A DNA stretch of 64,000 nucleotides, taken from assembly GCA_963749495.1 (NCBI GenBank), contig CAVVMW010000010.1, forward strand, positions 640,001-704,000, given 5' to 3'. The translations under genes and the position numbers were made by a program. Under the pieces are notes generated by a model. The model was not told where the DNA came from, did not search any database, and worked only from the letters and a program-made list of their open reading frames with translations. Below are positions 24,749 through 37,027 of this stretch, in pieces. The number at the start of each line of letters is the position of its first letter. Position 1 is the stretch's first letter. The stretch comes from an uncultured bacterium (GTDB taxonomy: Bacteria; Verrucomicrobiota; Verrucomicrobiia; Limisphaerales; UBA8199).

Positions 24749-25028
24749 AATTCGTGTCTCAACTGACTTCGTTTCGTTCTTGGTCGTTTACGGTTGGTTT
24801 GGTTCTCGGCCAGAAAGCGCGGCCAATCTTTCAAGCGAGCCCCACGGTGGAACTCCACATTCACCAATTGGGTCATCCAGCCGGCAAACTTAACTGAAAG
24901 ACGCGCACGGCTCAAGATCTGCGAGCCGCCGCTAATTCAACGCGTGGGGTCAAAAGATCCATCCAGGCGGCTGACGTCCCATTCCCTTTCGCTCTGGTTT
25001 CCACCAACGGCACCCATACGCTCACCTC

Positions 25029-25145
25029 ATGCCTGGAAACAGATGCTGGCCTTGGTCACCGGCCGGATCGAGGCGGCCTTGCGCCAGAAGCTCGAATTCG
25101 TGCTCGAAGAAAACCGCGGCTATCGAGCCCTGCTGGATCGGCATT
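25029..25145 (+). pseudogene. N-terminal fragment of an integrase-core transposase
   Basis: WKQMLALVTGRIEAALRQKLEFVLEENRGYRALL. Confidence 0.45.
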
Positions 25146-25345
25146 TTGCGCTGGCACCGCTTGGGTTTTCGCTACCCACAGGGGTGTTCCACCTCGTGCT
25201 GGAACCGGCTGCGCCGGACCATTGGCGCGCGGTGAACGTTTATCAAATCCAAATGGCAAAAACCGAATGAAGGCGCCGGATGGCATCGTTCTGCGGTTTT
25301 GGCTTCATGTCCGCAGACCGAACCGATAGCCTCGAGCCCATCAAC

Positions 25346-25612
25346 ATGAAACGGGCGTCAATTCTGATTCCGGTGGGCATCGCGGCGCTTCTGGCGTGGC
25401 CGCGGCTTTCGCCCGGTGCCAGCCCGGGCGTCTGGGCCGGCGCCCCAATGTCCTCTTCATCGTGGCGGACGACCTCAACACCCGCATCGGCTGCTACGAC
25501 GATCCCCTTGTCAGGACGCCCACGCTCGACCGCCTGGCTCGCCGGGGCGTGCGATTCGAGCGCGCCTATTGCCAATTTCCCCTCTGCAATCCCTCCCGGG
25601 TTTCGCTCAGGT
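25346..25612 (+). pseudogene. Sulfatase N-terminal fragment
   Basis: [20 protein letters not shown] and the formylglycine motif LCNPSRVSL. Confidence 0.85.
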
Positions 25613-26096
25613 GGCCAACGCTGGCATGAACCCTGTGGGGGCGAGGGTGCGGCGATACGGTGGCGGGCACTCGATGCCTGCTCGCCCAAAGCCGATCCCG
25701 CGATTGCCGCTGCCATTTCCATAACCCACTGACTCCCAACCCACACCGCCAGAAAACCAGCGAATCCTGCCAACCCATCGCTGATTTCTTCTCGGTGACC
25801 CCCTGACTTCACCACAAATCCAAGAAGGTGTCGAGGAAATGTTTTTCGCGGCCGTGAGCACTTCCCATGCCAATGATGGCAATAGATGCTCCCTTGTAAC
25901 CCAGAAGCCCCAAGCAGATGTCCCTCAATATCCCGATTCACCTGGCCATCAATCCCGGTTCACCGCAACCAAACCCAAGTGAAATCCATCGGCCAGGCTC
26001 CCGGTTCAACTGATGACCATAGCCCAGGAGACGTCGACCTGGATGGAGGAGCGGCGAGAGATCTGGCACGCTGCTTTCCCGCGACCCCAAAGGCCC

Positions 26097-26495
26097 TCAC
26101 GACATTGGGGAAGAATACGGGTTCGCCTCCGTAATCTTGGACTGCCGCTTCACTTCGACCAGCCTCTTTTGCCATTCCTCATCGCATCGGCGCCCCAGGT
26201 CCATGTTCGTCAATCCCTTCACCACGCACCCAAATCCATATTTTCCAATGCCATAGATCCGCAACAATGCCGGCGCTCTCCAGCCCCATCTGTCGGCCGG
26301 GCCATCCAAGCACATGTCCATCAACTCCTGTAAACTCATCTGCTGCTTCCCGGTGGCCACAAAATGATCCAGGAATCGGTTCTTCGTCGCCGCAGTCAGT
26401 CCAATCGCATCGGCCAGGTCGTTCACCGGCCACAATTTCTCTTGGTCGTCTGCAATGCGAATTCCCTCCCGCAGCTTGGCACGTCTATCGGCCAT
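26097..26495 (-). CDS. Hypothetical protein
   Basis: 132-aa ORF with protein-like composition; includes IYGIGKYG. Confidence 0.4.
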   Translation of the reverse strand: MADRRAKLREGIRIADDQEKLWPVNDLADAIGLTAATKNRFLDHFVATGKQQMSLQELMDMCLDGPADRWGWRAPALLRIYGIGKYGFGCVVKGLTNMDLGRRCDEEWQKRLVEVKRQSKITEANPYSSPMS

Positions 26496-28806
26496 GACCT
26501 GGCCGGAAAGGTGATCGTCTCAGGAAACTTGGTCACGCTGACGGTTGGCGGCAATCTGAGCGGAACGGTTACGGTCCAAAACACCCTGACGACATTGGCT
26601 GTGACCGGCGATGTCTTCGGGAACGGTGACCGAGACCGGCACCGTCAGTCTCCTGACCATCGGCGGCTCGCTCACCCAAACCGGCCTGATCCGGGCGGTG
26701 AATAGAATTCCCACTCTTGGCAATATCAACTCGATGAGCGTCGGGCAGAATTTCGCCGGGACGCTGATTGTTTCCGGCACATTAGGCAGCCTGGCCATTG
26801 TGAACGGCTCGATGACGCCCACGGCCAGCCTTGCGGTCGGCGCTCTTGGCGCGATGAAGATTGGGCCTAACTACCTCAGCGTGGGGCAGAACATGGCGGG
26901 TCGAATCACCGTGCTGGGCACCCTCCAGAGTTTGCGGGTTGCGGGCGGGACACCGGGTTCCATCATCGCCGGCCACCTCGGAACCATCTCCGTCTATGGC
27001 GGTTTTGGCCCGGTCGTGCTCGACGTGACGGAGAATGGAATTCAGCGGCTGGTCGAAGCCACGACGCCGAGCACGCCCTATCCGCTGCCCAATCCCTGCT
27101 CGGTCGCGCTGGCCCCCGGTCAAACGGGCTACGTCAACTTCCAGTTCTGCTATGAATCCGGCAGCCGCGCCAACCCGCAACTCACGGCCCGGGTCACGAA
27201 CGGTGTCGGCACCGCTCGAGACCAGTACGACTTCAGCCTCCTGACTTACAGCGACGCCGCCAAGTTCAACCTGGCGCGGCTCGACGCCTCCGGAGTGTCA
27301 GGAATCCGCAACGTCGTGGTGGAAGGCAACCTCCTGACGTCGGTGAGCGCCCAGGCCTCGAGTTTCTTCGGTGGAGACTCCAATCCGGCCGGAATCCGCC
27401 TTCCCAGTGACAACCTGGCCGGCGTCAGCATCCGCAACGTTGCCCCCGACGGATTCATCCAGGCCCTCTCGATCCAAGCGATCGCCTTCGGCTCCGTTCT
27501 GGATGACAACAGGATCCGGACGGGGGCCAACGCCAATGGGGATGACGCGGAGGAACTCCTAACGGGCGGCACGCAGATCGTCCAGGCGGCCGACACGCTC
27601 CGGGTTGCATTCGCCGACCTTCCCAGCCAGCAGGCGGCCCTTTTCATCGCAACCGATAAGAACGGCCGCCACTTCGACAACGACAGCGTGATCTTCGTGG
27701 TTCAGAGTGTCGTCACGGCGAATCCGGCGGGCACGGCCAATATCGTGACCGCGAGCAATGTCGCTCGCGGCGCCGACACCGCGCTGGTGACCGTGATGCC
27801 AACCTACGACCACCACGGCCACCTGGAGGACTCCGTCATCCAAACGATCGCCATCCGCGGCGACGGTGCCTCCATCCAGACCCAGCAATGGATTTCGCAG
27901 TCGATCACCAGCACCGGACCGCTGGGCGACCTGATCCTCCTGTCCAACCAGGGAATCACAGATGTCACGGCCCCCAGCATCTTTGGTTCGATCATTTCCG
28001 GCGGGGCGATAATTGGAACGATCCAGACCACCGGCATTCGCACCGATCCAATTACCGGCGCGACGGCTTCGGTGAGCACTGACTTTGGCAATCTCTATGT
28101 GTCGACCTCGAACGAAGGGCCGGGCAACGAAGGGCGGTGGAACGAAGGGCCGTACTTGACGACCACGGTCGTGGAGACCGAATGCGGAGGCATCAGCGGT
28201 CGAATCATCAGCCGCGGCAACCTGGTCAGCCAAATCACCTCGGATGGCGGTCTGAGCGGCGTGATTGCGGCTCAAGGCAATCTCGGCCTGAACCGGACGG
28301 TTGCGGGCGAGAACACGCGTTTCGGCGGCATCCTTTCCAATGGGCCGGTAAGCGGTTCGGTCGTGATTCTTGGCCAGCAGATCGCGGATGCCACGATTAA
28401 CGGCGGCTTCAAAGGCGGCCACTACGCGGTGGAGGGTGGAATTCTCGGCAATCTCCTGATCAACGGTGGGCTCGATGCCTCGTCCGCGCTCGTTTCCGGG
28501 GGCCAAATCGGCGCCTCTGCCCTCGGCACGACACTGACCGTGAACGGCGACAACAAGGGGATCATTGCCGCCGCCGGGAACATTATTTTCGGAAAGCACG
28601 CACCGAAGGACTACGTTTTCAATAACGTCGGAACCAACACGCAGAATCCGAACGCGGCAGCCCTCAGCGCGATTTTCACCAACAACGGCTCGATTCTGGC
28701 CCTCGACGTGAATCCTCTGGATCTGAAGGGCTTGGCGCTCATCCTAGTCGATTTAGAGAATCTCGCCGTCGGTTCGAATGGCAGTCTGACTGGGCCGGTC
28801 CCCTAG
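26495..28806 (+). CDS. C-terminal part of a large Gly/Ser/Thr-rich beta-solenoid surface protein (5' end missing, frameshift near 26620)
   Basis: Repeated VGGNLSGTV / VGQNFAGTL / VGQNMAGRI motifs; over 730 codons open. Confidence 0.7.
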
Positions 28807-29813
28807 CCCCAGGTTACGAGTTATTTCAAGCGTGCTTCGTAGGTGGTTGTTAACCAAAGCTTTACAACCTTGCCCCCTATGCCCTAAAACGCCGATTTGG
28901 GCGCCTGTAATCCGAGTATTTCGGTCAGGTTCTTGTGAACTTGGTTTCGTTTGGTCAACACCGACTGTTCCATCCTCGCCTGGCCAGCGCAGCCAGCGCG
29001 TTTGGCGGGAAAAACATTGATGACTTGCTGGAGTTGCTCCAACTCATTGAACAGGCCCGCCATGAATAGCCGCAACGCGGCTTGCCCCACGACATCGACG
29101 GCTACATCCAGTAGGGCCAGGACCACCCTGGCCAGGCTGCCAGCACCGAGGTCAGGTTCCTGATGCCCCGGTTGGCGCCGGACCGCGTTGTGCTCGACCG
29201 CGCCGCCCGGAGGTGCCCTTGGGGATGCTCGCAATCGCGTTTCCCTCCAGCCGGGGGCGAACGTTACAAGTTTATCGAGTGTGACCTTAACCATCCCTCA
29301 TGCGCCGCGTTTGAGGTGAAATTGTTGCAGGTAAGACTCGTGCGATGCGTTATCCCTCAGTAAAGGGTGGGAGCGCGGGGTTCACGAGGAGTCGAAGCCC
29401 AGCACGGTTTAGGGGTCGGTATTCCCTTGCGCCAATCGGTTCGGCGACCAGGCCGGTGGGCCCTGGTCCAACCCGCTACGCCGTCTATGGCTCGAAGCCG
29501 CAGGCTCCAGGCGCGCGCTGGAGCCCGCCTTGGCCGGCGACGGCAAGATTGAGGCGGCCGGCTGGACGCGGGTTGCACTGGAGCCACCGACGATGAGTTC
29601 GCTGGCCCCGAATGGGAGTGTCGCGGCTGTGGGGCCTGATTCGAACGCGGCGGATTCGGCGTCCGGGCAACGCGCAGTCACGACATCCAAAGGCGCCCCC
29701 GGCGGCGCCACGGCCCAAACGGGGATAACAGATCCGAGAGCGTTTGGAACGCCTCCGGAAGTGACCGCAACCTAAGACGAATCTGGGTGTTCATCCCATT
29801 TGAAAGTTCCATT

Positions 29814-30474
29814 ATGAAACCAGTGATTGATTCAGAAGAGCTTCTCATCGCGGCGCAGAATCGCGCGCCAACGGGCCGAGCCTCCCGCGCTTTCACTCGC
29901 ACCGAGTTGCTGGTGGTCATTGCCATTATCGGCATTCTGGCCGCCGTTCTGTTTGCCGTCCTGGGGCCGACGAAAGCCAAGGCGCAGAATGCGGTATGTG
30001 TGAATAATCTCCGCCAATTGGGGATTGCCGCCCGCTCATACGCCAAGGACAACAACAACCGACTGCCCAGTGCTGAGAGGTTGCCTACCAAGCCGGCCGA
30101 TCCGCAAAACCCGTTTCCACGCATCTGCGATCTGCTGGCGCGCTATATCGCCCAAGCCGCGGGCACGAACGCCGACCCGGGTAGCGTCTTCAAGTGCCCC
30201 AGGGACAACGCCTGGCCTATTCGCCACCGAGGGCTCCAGCTACGAGTGGAACGCGGATGTGAACGGCCACAGAATTGATGAGCCCCCAAGGCGGGTATTG
30301 GAGGGGGGATCCATCCACCTTCCCAGCGGCCAAATCATCAAGCGGGGCCCCTTCGTGCGGGTTATCGCTCCAGACACGATTCCCTTGTTGCTCGATTACC
30401 GGGACTTTCACCCCGGCACGGGCAAATCGGGCAAGAATGCTGTCTTCATCGACGGGCATGTCGCTCCCCAGTGA
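29814..30474 (+). CDS. Prepilin-type protein, tandem copy A (frameshift near 30215)
   Basis: [42 protein letters not shown]. Confidence 0.85.
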
Positions 30475-30503
30475 ACCGCATCCGCACCAAGGAAAGATCC
30501 ACT

Positions 30504-31178
30504 ATGAAACTAATGATTGATTCAAAAGAGCTTCTCATCGCGACTCAGAATCACCTGCCAACGGGCCGAGCCTCCCGCGCGTTCACTCTCATCGAGTTGC
30601 TGGTGGTCATTGCCATTATCGGCATTCTGGCCGCCATGCTGCTGGCCGTTCTCGGGCGGACGAAAGCCAAAGCCCAGAATGCGGTCTGTGTGAATAATCT
30701 CCGCCAGTTGGGGATTGCCGCCCGCTCGTATACCGGGGACAACAACGAACGCCTGCCCAGTGCTGAGAGGTTGCCCACCCAGCCGGCCAATCCGCAAAAG
30801 CCGTTGCCACGCATCTGCGATCTGCTGGCGCGCTATATCGCCCAAGTCGCGGGCACCACCAACACGGTTAGCGTCTTCAAATGCCCCGTGGACAAGAATA
30901 ACCTATTCGGCACCGAGGGCTCCAGCTACGAGTGGAATACGAGTTTGAACGGCCACCGCATTGATGAAGCTCAACCGCCGTTGACGTTCCAGGTCACATT
31001 CACATCGATAACCAAGGGTCCCAATGGCGGCCCTGGCAGCCAAACTACCACCAATGTCGTGCTGCGCTTTACCCCAGAGACGACGCCCTTGTTGTTCGAT
31101 TACCGGCCCGTTCACCCCCGCGCGGGCAAATCGGGCAAGAATGCTGTCTTCATGGACGGGCATGTCGCTCCCCAGTGA
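30504..31178 (+). CDS. Prepilin-type protein, tandem copy B
   Basis: [44 protein letters not shown]. Confidence 0.9.
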   Translation: MKLMIDSKELLIATQNHLPTGRASRAFTLIELLVVIAIIGILAAMLLAVLGRTKAKAQNAVCVNNLRQLGIAARSYTGDNNERLPSAERLPTQPANPQKPLPRICDLLARYIAQVAGTTNTVSVFKCPVDKNNLFGTEGSSYEWNTSLNGHRIDEAQPPLTFQVTFTSITKGPNGGPGSQTTTNVVLRFTPETTPLLFDYRPVHPRAGKSGKNAVFMDGHVAPQ

Positions 31179-31539
31179 ACCGCATCCGCACCAAGCCAGG
31201 CTTCAGGCTCTGCCGGACCTTGAACCCGGCTATTCAACCCGCGCGATGCGCGCCAAGGAATCGCGCACCTCTTGTTTCAAGTCGGCATCGACTTGATCCC
31301 CAAGTGAACGCGCCGGGCCAGATCGTGACCAGCGACCCCAAGGAGACCGTGCGCCTCATCGGCCGGAACATCCTCCTCGTCGAGGAGCACACCCCCCGGA
31401 ACCGCCCGAGGTGAATCCCTTCCCCGCCAGGAAAGGGGCCGAACAAAAACGCGCGGGCATCGTCTAACCAGGAATAGAGAAACAAACATGAACTCGAAAA
31501 GACTCGCAGTTTGCCTACTGGCAGCCGCCTCCCTCTCGG

Positions 31540-31778
31540 TAATGGTCCATGCGCGGGCGCACGAAGATGCCCTTGGGGCAAAGCCGGCCCGCCGTGGCGC
31601 TGGGCATGGCTGAATGCACGCCAAACCTCCGCGCCTCGTAGCTGGCCGCGCAGACCACGCCGCGTTGGGTTGGCGGCGCGCCGACAATGACCGGTTGGCC
31701 GCGCAGCGCCGGATTATCGCGCTGCTCGACCGACGCGTAAAACGCATCCATGTCCAGATGGAAGATCACGCGAAACAT
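31540..31778 (-). pseudogene. dinB: DNA polymerase IV N-terminal fragment
   Basis: [40 protein letters not shown]; truncated after about 80 aa. Confidence 0.9.
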
Positions 31779-32557
31779 CGCCCGAGAGATTGACACAACG
31801 GGCTACGAGCGCAAAGGCTTACCGATGCGTCCTTGGCCTCATCGCGTTGGTCGTCTCGCTCCACGGCCTGGTCTCAATTGCAGGCCAGTGCGTGCTCGAT
31901 GATCGCGGCCGCCAGGGACCGGGTCCAGGTCAGCAGCACCGACTGCGCCCGGCGGGGGAGTTCGGCAACGAGCGGAGCGGCCACCGTGCCCAGCCAAGGC
32001 AGGGCTACGGGCATCGGCGGGCAGACAGCACATCCCGAGAAATCCGCCAGGAACGCGTAGAGCCTGCCGGCGTTGCGCGGCCCCCAGGCGACGCCGCCGA
32101 CCACCAATCTGACCCCGTCGATGTGGAGGGTGAACTGCACACCGTCAAAGGCCCAGCCGAACTCCACCACCGTGTCCATACTGCTGCGCGGGCTCCCCGG
32201 CTCCTGGGTGCAGAGCGGCACCAGGTTCTCGACAAAGCCATGCGGCAGGCAGAGCGGGTAGCTCCTGATTCTGCCGTGGTTGAAGTCAATATGGGTTAGG
32301 CGCGCAGAGCTTTGGCCGTTCTTGGGAGGCGGGCGCATGAGGTGTGGGGCGGGTGCGTGTAACGCGACCGAATGTCGGCGACGAGCGTTTGTCACGATTT
32401 GTGTTCGGCTTTTTTCTTTTGGCTGGGGGCCTCCTCATGGCGAGGCGACAATCGTGCGCGCGGGGCCGACGATGTGGCCTCCTGGTGGTTGGGGTTCGCA
32501 GGTTCCATATCGTTGTTTCGTTTAGCGGCTTTTGAGGATGGGCGGGCCGCTGATCCT

Positions 32558-32938
32558 TCACCCGGCTGCCCGCAGGTGAAGGCGAATGTGCCCCCCGAGT
32601 TCCTCGAGGACAAAGGGCTTGGCCACGAAATCCGCGGCACCTGCGTCGAGGGCCAGACGGCGGGTCTCCGGGTCATCGCGGCCGGAGCATAACAGCACGG
32701 GCACCTGTGCAAGTTCAGGCCGGGCTTTGGCCCAGAGGCAGAGTTCCAGGCCGGTGCCGTCGGGAAGGTCAATATCGGGGAGGATCAGAGCAACGGGCCT
32801 GGCGAGCGCCGCCTGCTTCGCCGTGGCCACGTCGCAAGCGGAGAGGACATCGTAGCCGTCTCTTTCCAGCACGGCACGCAAGAGCCGCGGCACCCCGGGC
32901 TCGTCATCGACAATAAGGATAGTTGTATTCTTCAGCAT
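32558..32938 (-). CDS. Single-domain response regulator (receiver)
   Basis: ILIVDDE, DIDLPDGTGLELC, LDAGAADFVAKPF. Confidence 0.9.
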   Translation of the reverse strand: MLKNTTILIVDDEPGVPRLLRAVLERDGYDVLSACDVATAKQAALARPVALILPDIDLPDGTGLELCLWAKARPELAQVPVLLCSGRDDPETRRLALDAGAADFVAKPFVLEELGGHIRLHLRAAG

Positions 32939-33043
32939 GTGCTTTTGTTTGGCCGGTTTGAAAAGCGGCATCCGCCGAGGCGTGGCCACGGCGGATGAAC
33001 AACGCGACAATGGAGAAGCGACGAACGGCGGACTCCGTGCCGG

Positions 33044-33520
33044 TCAAGCCGGCCTTGACGCGTGCCGGCTCAGGTGGGCAATGAGGTCCCTCTGGAAGAC
33101 GACGAGTGCGGTGGCCTCGAAAAGCGGTAGTCTCGAGACCGCAGGCCGGTAGAGTGTCGCGAGCCAGGGAGAGCTGGGTGGGGCGATGGTCCGGATTTCT
33201 GGGAGCTTCGTTTGCGGTGGGAGCGTGGCGGCCCGAAAATCCAGGAGCCACGTCCACAAAGCCGCCGAGTCGGAGTCGTGATTGGCCCACGCTAGCCCGG
33301 CGGTCAGCAACTCCCTTCCGCTCTTGCTCATCACGAGTTGGGCGCAACCCTTCCCCAGGGCCAGCGTGGCGTAATAGCCGGTCAACCTTGGCATGGCCGC
33401 GCAACCCTGCTTGATGAGGCGGTCAATGTGGTGCCTCGTGATCCGGTCTGGCGGGGGCAGCGAACTGCTCGAGACCAAGCGAGTGTTGAGGCTGATGATC
33501 GTGGTGGGATTTGGTTTCAT
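33044..33520 (-). CDS. Hypothetical protein
   Basis: ORF from ATG 33520; no family recognised. Confidence 0.35.
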   Translation of the reverse strand: MKPNPTTIISLNTRLVSSSSLPPPDRITRHHIDRLIKQGCAAMPRLTGYYATLALGKGCAQLVMSKSGRELLTAGLAWANHDSDSAALWTWLLDFRAATLPPQTKLPEIRTIAPPSSPWLATLYRPAVSRLPLFEATALVVFQRDLIAHLSRHASRPA

Positions 33521-34407
33521 AACGGTTGTTCTGTTTGACTTTTTGTTCTGGCCGGGTTTTGGCGGCCACCAGTCTCCGCTCCTACCCGGTCTAACTCCGC
33601 CTTGCGCGCATGACGAAAATCGAGTTTGCCGGGCTTCCGCTTCGGAGGTGTATTGAGTGGCGGCACCATGCGATGGAAAGGCTCTTGCTGTTGCGGGGCA
33701 GGCCGAGGGGATCTCCACTGGCCATCAGTCGGCGTTCGGCTCCGCCGGCCAGGGTCCTGCGGGCGCGTTCCGAAGTCCTCGTCGCCGTTGATTTCGCCAA
33801 GCCGGCCGCGAAAGCGCTCGACCGGTATGCAACCAATCGAGCGGACCTGAATGAGTCCTGAGCTCTGGGGGATTAGAACCAGGAGGCCACTCGCCGAAGC
33901 TCTCGGAGAAAATCGACTTGAGGGGGCCTGCGCTGGAGTCGGCTCCAACGCTCGAAATAGGGGTCATTCTGAGGAACCGATCCGGGTTCAAACGCATCCG
34001 GGGGCAATTTGGTCAGGTCGTATAACGGAGGCCACGCTCCTCATGCCTGTAGGTTCTTCATGCGCCGCAGGTGCGCCTCTGCCTTGGCGGCCTTCTCCGG
34101 CGTGATGATCCCCTCGGCCTTCGCCAGCTTCACGGCGTCTAGCAGGATGTCGAGCTCGAGAGACCCGTGGCCGGAGGGCGGGGTCCCAGACGTAAGGGGT
34201 GCATGTGAGGACCCCGGCGGACCAACTCCTGCCCCGCCGGTCTGCGAGGACGGCCGCCGCCGGGAGCACCTCGGAGTCGAGCGCCAGGAGGAAGAGCGGG
34301 ATGCAACCGAGGATGCGCTGTCGCGCCAGCATCTGCGTCCGCGCCCGGAGCTTGTCCGGGCGGCCGCCGCGCCAGACGAGGTGTTTGAATTCAGGGGTTG
34401 GCAGAGA

Positions 34408-34791
34408 CTAATTCCTGATCGCGGCCATGCCCGCGACTTCAAGCTTGGCCCTCTCGGCCGACTCGGCGTCGACAATGCCCTGCTCCTGCGCCAGGATTAT
34501 GGCCTTGACCATGAAGTCGAAGATGCCCGGCTCGTCGAGGCTGGCGTCGCAGGAATCGACGAGGACGCCTGCGCCCCGGCGCCAGTCGGGCTCCCCGGCG
34601 GCCGTCGCAAGCACGGCGGCGATGGGGATGCGCTCCTTTCTGCCCCTCAGCGGCATGCAGATGTATCCCAGGTAGAGGGGTACGCTCTTCACGGGGCGGC
34701 TCTTCGCCTTGAAGGGGGGCTTCCTCACATCCTTCCAGACGAGGCAGACGACCTGCGCCCCGCGCATGTCCGAGTGTTCGATTCGCATCAT
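34408..34791 (-). CDS. Hypothetical protein, possibly phage-derived
   Basis: ATG preceded by AAGGAG; co-directional with the phosphoesterase piece. Confidence 0.45.
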   Translation of the reverse strand: MMRIEHSDMRGAQVVCLVWKDVRKPPFKAKSRPVKSVPLYLGYICMPLRGRKERIPIAAVLATAAGEPDWRRGAGVLVDSCDASLDEPGIFDFMVKAIILAQEQGIVDAESAERAKLEVAGMAAIRN

Positions 34792-34827
34792 GTTCTTCAG
34801 CTCCTTATGCTTGTGTTTCCCCGCGAC

Positions 34828-35440
34828 TTAGGGTGCGTGCTGGAACTCCGCTACCGGCCCGGCCTCGGCATCCCAGAATATCGCGACGGCGGCGCGCTGC
34901 CCCAGATAGCCCATGCTCTTTGCCCACGCCTTGGGCGGGCAGAGGCTAGGGATGACCCGTACCGTGATGCCGTGCTGATCCTCGAGGGGGAGGAATACCT
35001 TCCTCTTCCTCGTGTGCCAGTGCCCGACATGCCACTCGTGGAATTTGGTCTCGCCCCACGCCTTCGGCTGTTCGCTGGCCATGATGAGGGGTAAGTTTGT
35101 GTGGGGTTCCAGGTTGCCGTCGCAAAATCCGATCAGGTTTTTTCCGTAGCAGAAGTACTTTCTCTGCTGGAGCCCGTTGTCGATGGTCACGTCCCCCGTC
35201 TTCGAGAACCAGCAATGCAGGGCGTCCCCCATGTAAAAAACCCGGGTCTGATCGTGGTTCCCGGAAATCACGGGTACGGTCACAGGGGCGATCTTGCGGA
35301 GGTGCTCGATGGCCTCGACCAGCAGCTTGCGGCCGGCCACGAACGTCTCGTTCCACCGTGCGGCCTCGTCCTGCGGGGTGCCGTTTGCGGTCGCACGCGA
35401 CGCCCCATCGACGTTGAAAAAGTCGTTGCCGACGGGTAGG
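34828..35440 (-). pseudogene. Phage-type calcineurin-like metallophosphoesterase, C-terminal part
   Basis: VGNDFFNVD, SGNHD, HVGHWH motifs. Confidence 0.75.
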
Positions 35441-35444
35441 GGCG

Positions 35445-35655
35445 CGCATCGAGGACACTATGCGCCACCTCCTCACCGAGTTCGCCGCCGCAGCGCCCGT
35501 GCGCCCGAGCAGACCGCCCCGCCTCGGGCCGGCGGCATCCTCGAGATGAGCATCTTCGACTTGCATTTAGGGGGTTACGGTTGCGCCCTGGAGACCGGCC
35601 ACGAATACAACCCGCACATCGCCCGCAGCGCGTTCTGGCGCTTCCTATCTGGGCC
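35445..35655 (+). pseudogene. Metallophosphoesterase N-terminal part, in inverted orientation
   Basis: ILEMSIFDLHLGGYG..ETGHEYNPHIAR supplies the DxH motif missing from the minus-strand piece. Confidence 0.6.
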
Positions 35656-36783
35656 GGCCATTCAAACGGTTCGACATGAGCGCGTTCTCCGACCATCAGC
35701 AGCCCGTGGCCATTCTCGAGCAGATGGCCGCCGGAAAGAACGGCCTGCCGGTGCGAGGATCGGTCTCATGTTCGAGCGCGTCGAGGAGCGTCTTGCGGTG
35801 AAATGCCGCATTGGCAGTCCGAAGACCGTGGTCACTCGCCTGGTCGTAGAGCTTCCGCCCAGCGTTGGTGGTGAAGATAATCGTCGTGTCCGTAAAGCTG
35901 ATGTCCACGTGCGCGCGTCCACGCGCGCGCGGCGGCGGCGGGAATGCAGGCGCCGACCCGCGCGTGCAGGCCGCCGGCCAACTTGGAAATGCGGTGGGCA
36001 ACGCCATCGGCCAGGCGATTGGCAAAGCCCTGTTTGGCGATCCCCAAGCCCGCAGGGACGAAGCCCTTAGCCTCAACGACCAGGGCGTCCGGTATTACAA
36101 GGACGGGCAGGTTTGTCCGGCCGGGATTATTCTCCCGCAAAGCGTACGGCCAGGGCAGCCCAGCCTTTGAGACGCCGCCGGGCAGTGCGGAGCGAAAGGC
36201 GCAGCTCCTGCATGAGTTGGGGCAGGGTGATCACTTTTGTCGCCGCCAGCGCCGGAGCAGGGAGGCGGCCGCATCCCGGACAGGTTTCATGGCGAGGAGG
36301 AGATTTCGGTCGTTGGCACAGTATATGAATATGGTTTAAAATATACATATAGTATGCCATACGGGGGGAAGCGCGACAAGGAAAAAGCGAACGATCTGGC
36401 GGAAAATCAAAGACCCAAACTCACCTTAACCGGCCTTGCCGGCTACATATACTGGGCCACCTTCCCCTCAAGCCCACCCTAACTAATTGGGCGAAAGGCA
36501 TCTGCGTGATCGCGAATTCCCCAACCGAATTTCGTGATCATAGCCATGTGGAGTTCGGACTGCCCAGCACGGGCTTGCCGGTCGAAGGCCACATTCAGAT
36601 CGTGGAGCCTCGCCATGGGCCTGCCTGGAAATCAACGACTTGCGTCAAAAAAACAAACTTGTCGGATGAGGCGAAAAATGTCCTCCTTCTGGTCCCACGA
36701 TTCATGAGAAGATACCTGAACGCGCAGTTTGCGAGCCACAGCGGCGGGCGTCCAAAACGCACACGTGGAGCATTTGCCTGCCC

Positions 36784-36811
36784 TTGACATCTTGACATGT
36801 TGGAGTATAAT
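36784..36811 (+). promoter_or_regulatory. Consensus sigma70 promoter
   Basis: TTGACA (36784-36789), 16 nt, TATAAT (36806-36811); about 220 nt upstream of the AGE-family gene. Confidence 0.7.
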
Positions 36812-37027
36812 TTCAGCAAAGTATGACCCATCCTGTCTCAACCGGTTTACGGAATATTCTGGGGTGGAAGTTGCCAATGCCGGCGCAGCCCTTTGCATCT
36901 CGGGGCGCCAATTGGCGGCAAGAAGTTATCTATTCCCTCAAGAATCTCAGTCCGGCCGCAGGTACTCATTCGCCGGGAAGCCGGCCGATAATCTGCCGCT
37001 AAACTCGATAACCAATCTAGAAATACT

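Noticed and set aside
24800..24890. ZTP-riboswitch-like GTGGA..TCCAC hairpin upstream of the autotransporter-repeat gene
   Set aside because: No matching pseudoknot partner or 3' consensus, and the downstream gene is unrelated to purine or folate metabolism. More likely a protein-binding palindrome.
29814..31195. Tandem pilin copies as a DGR template/variable repeat pair
   Set aside because: Differences are not adenine-specific and no reverse transcriptase is visible in the window.
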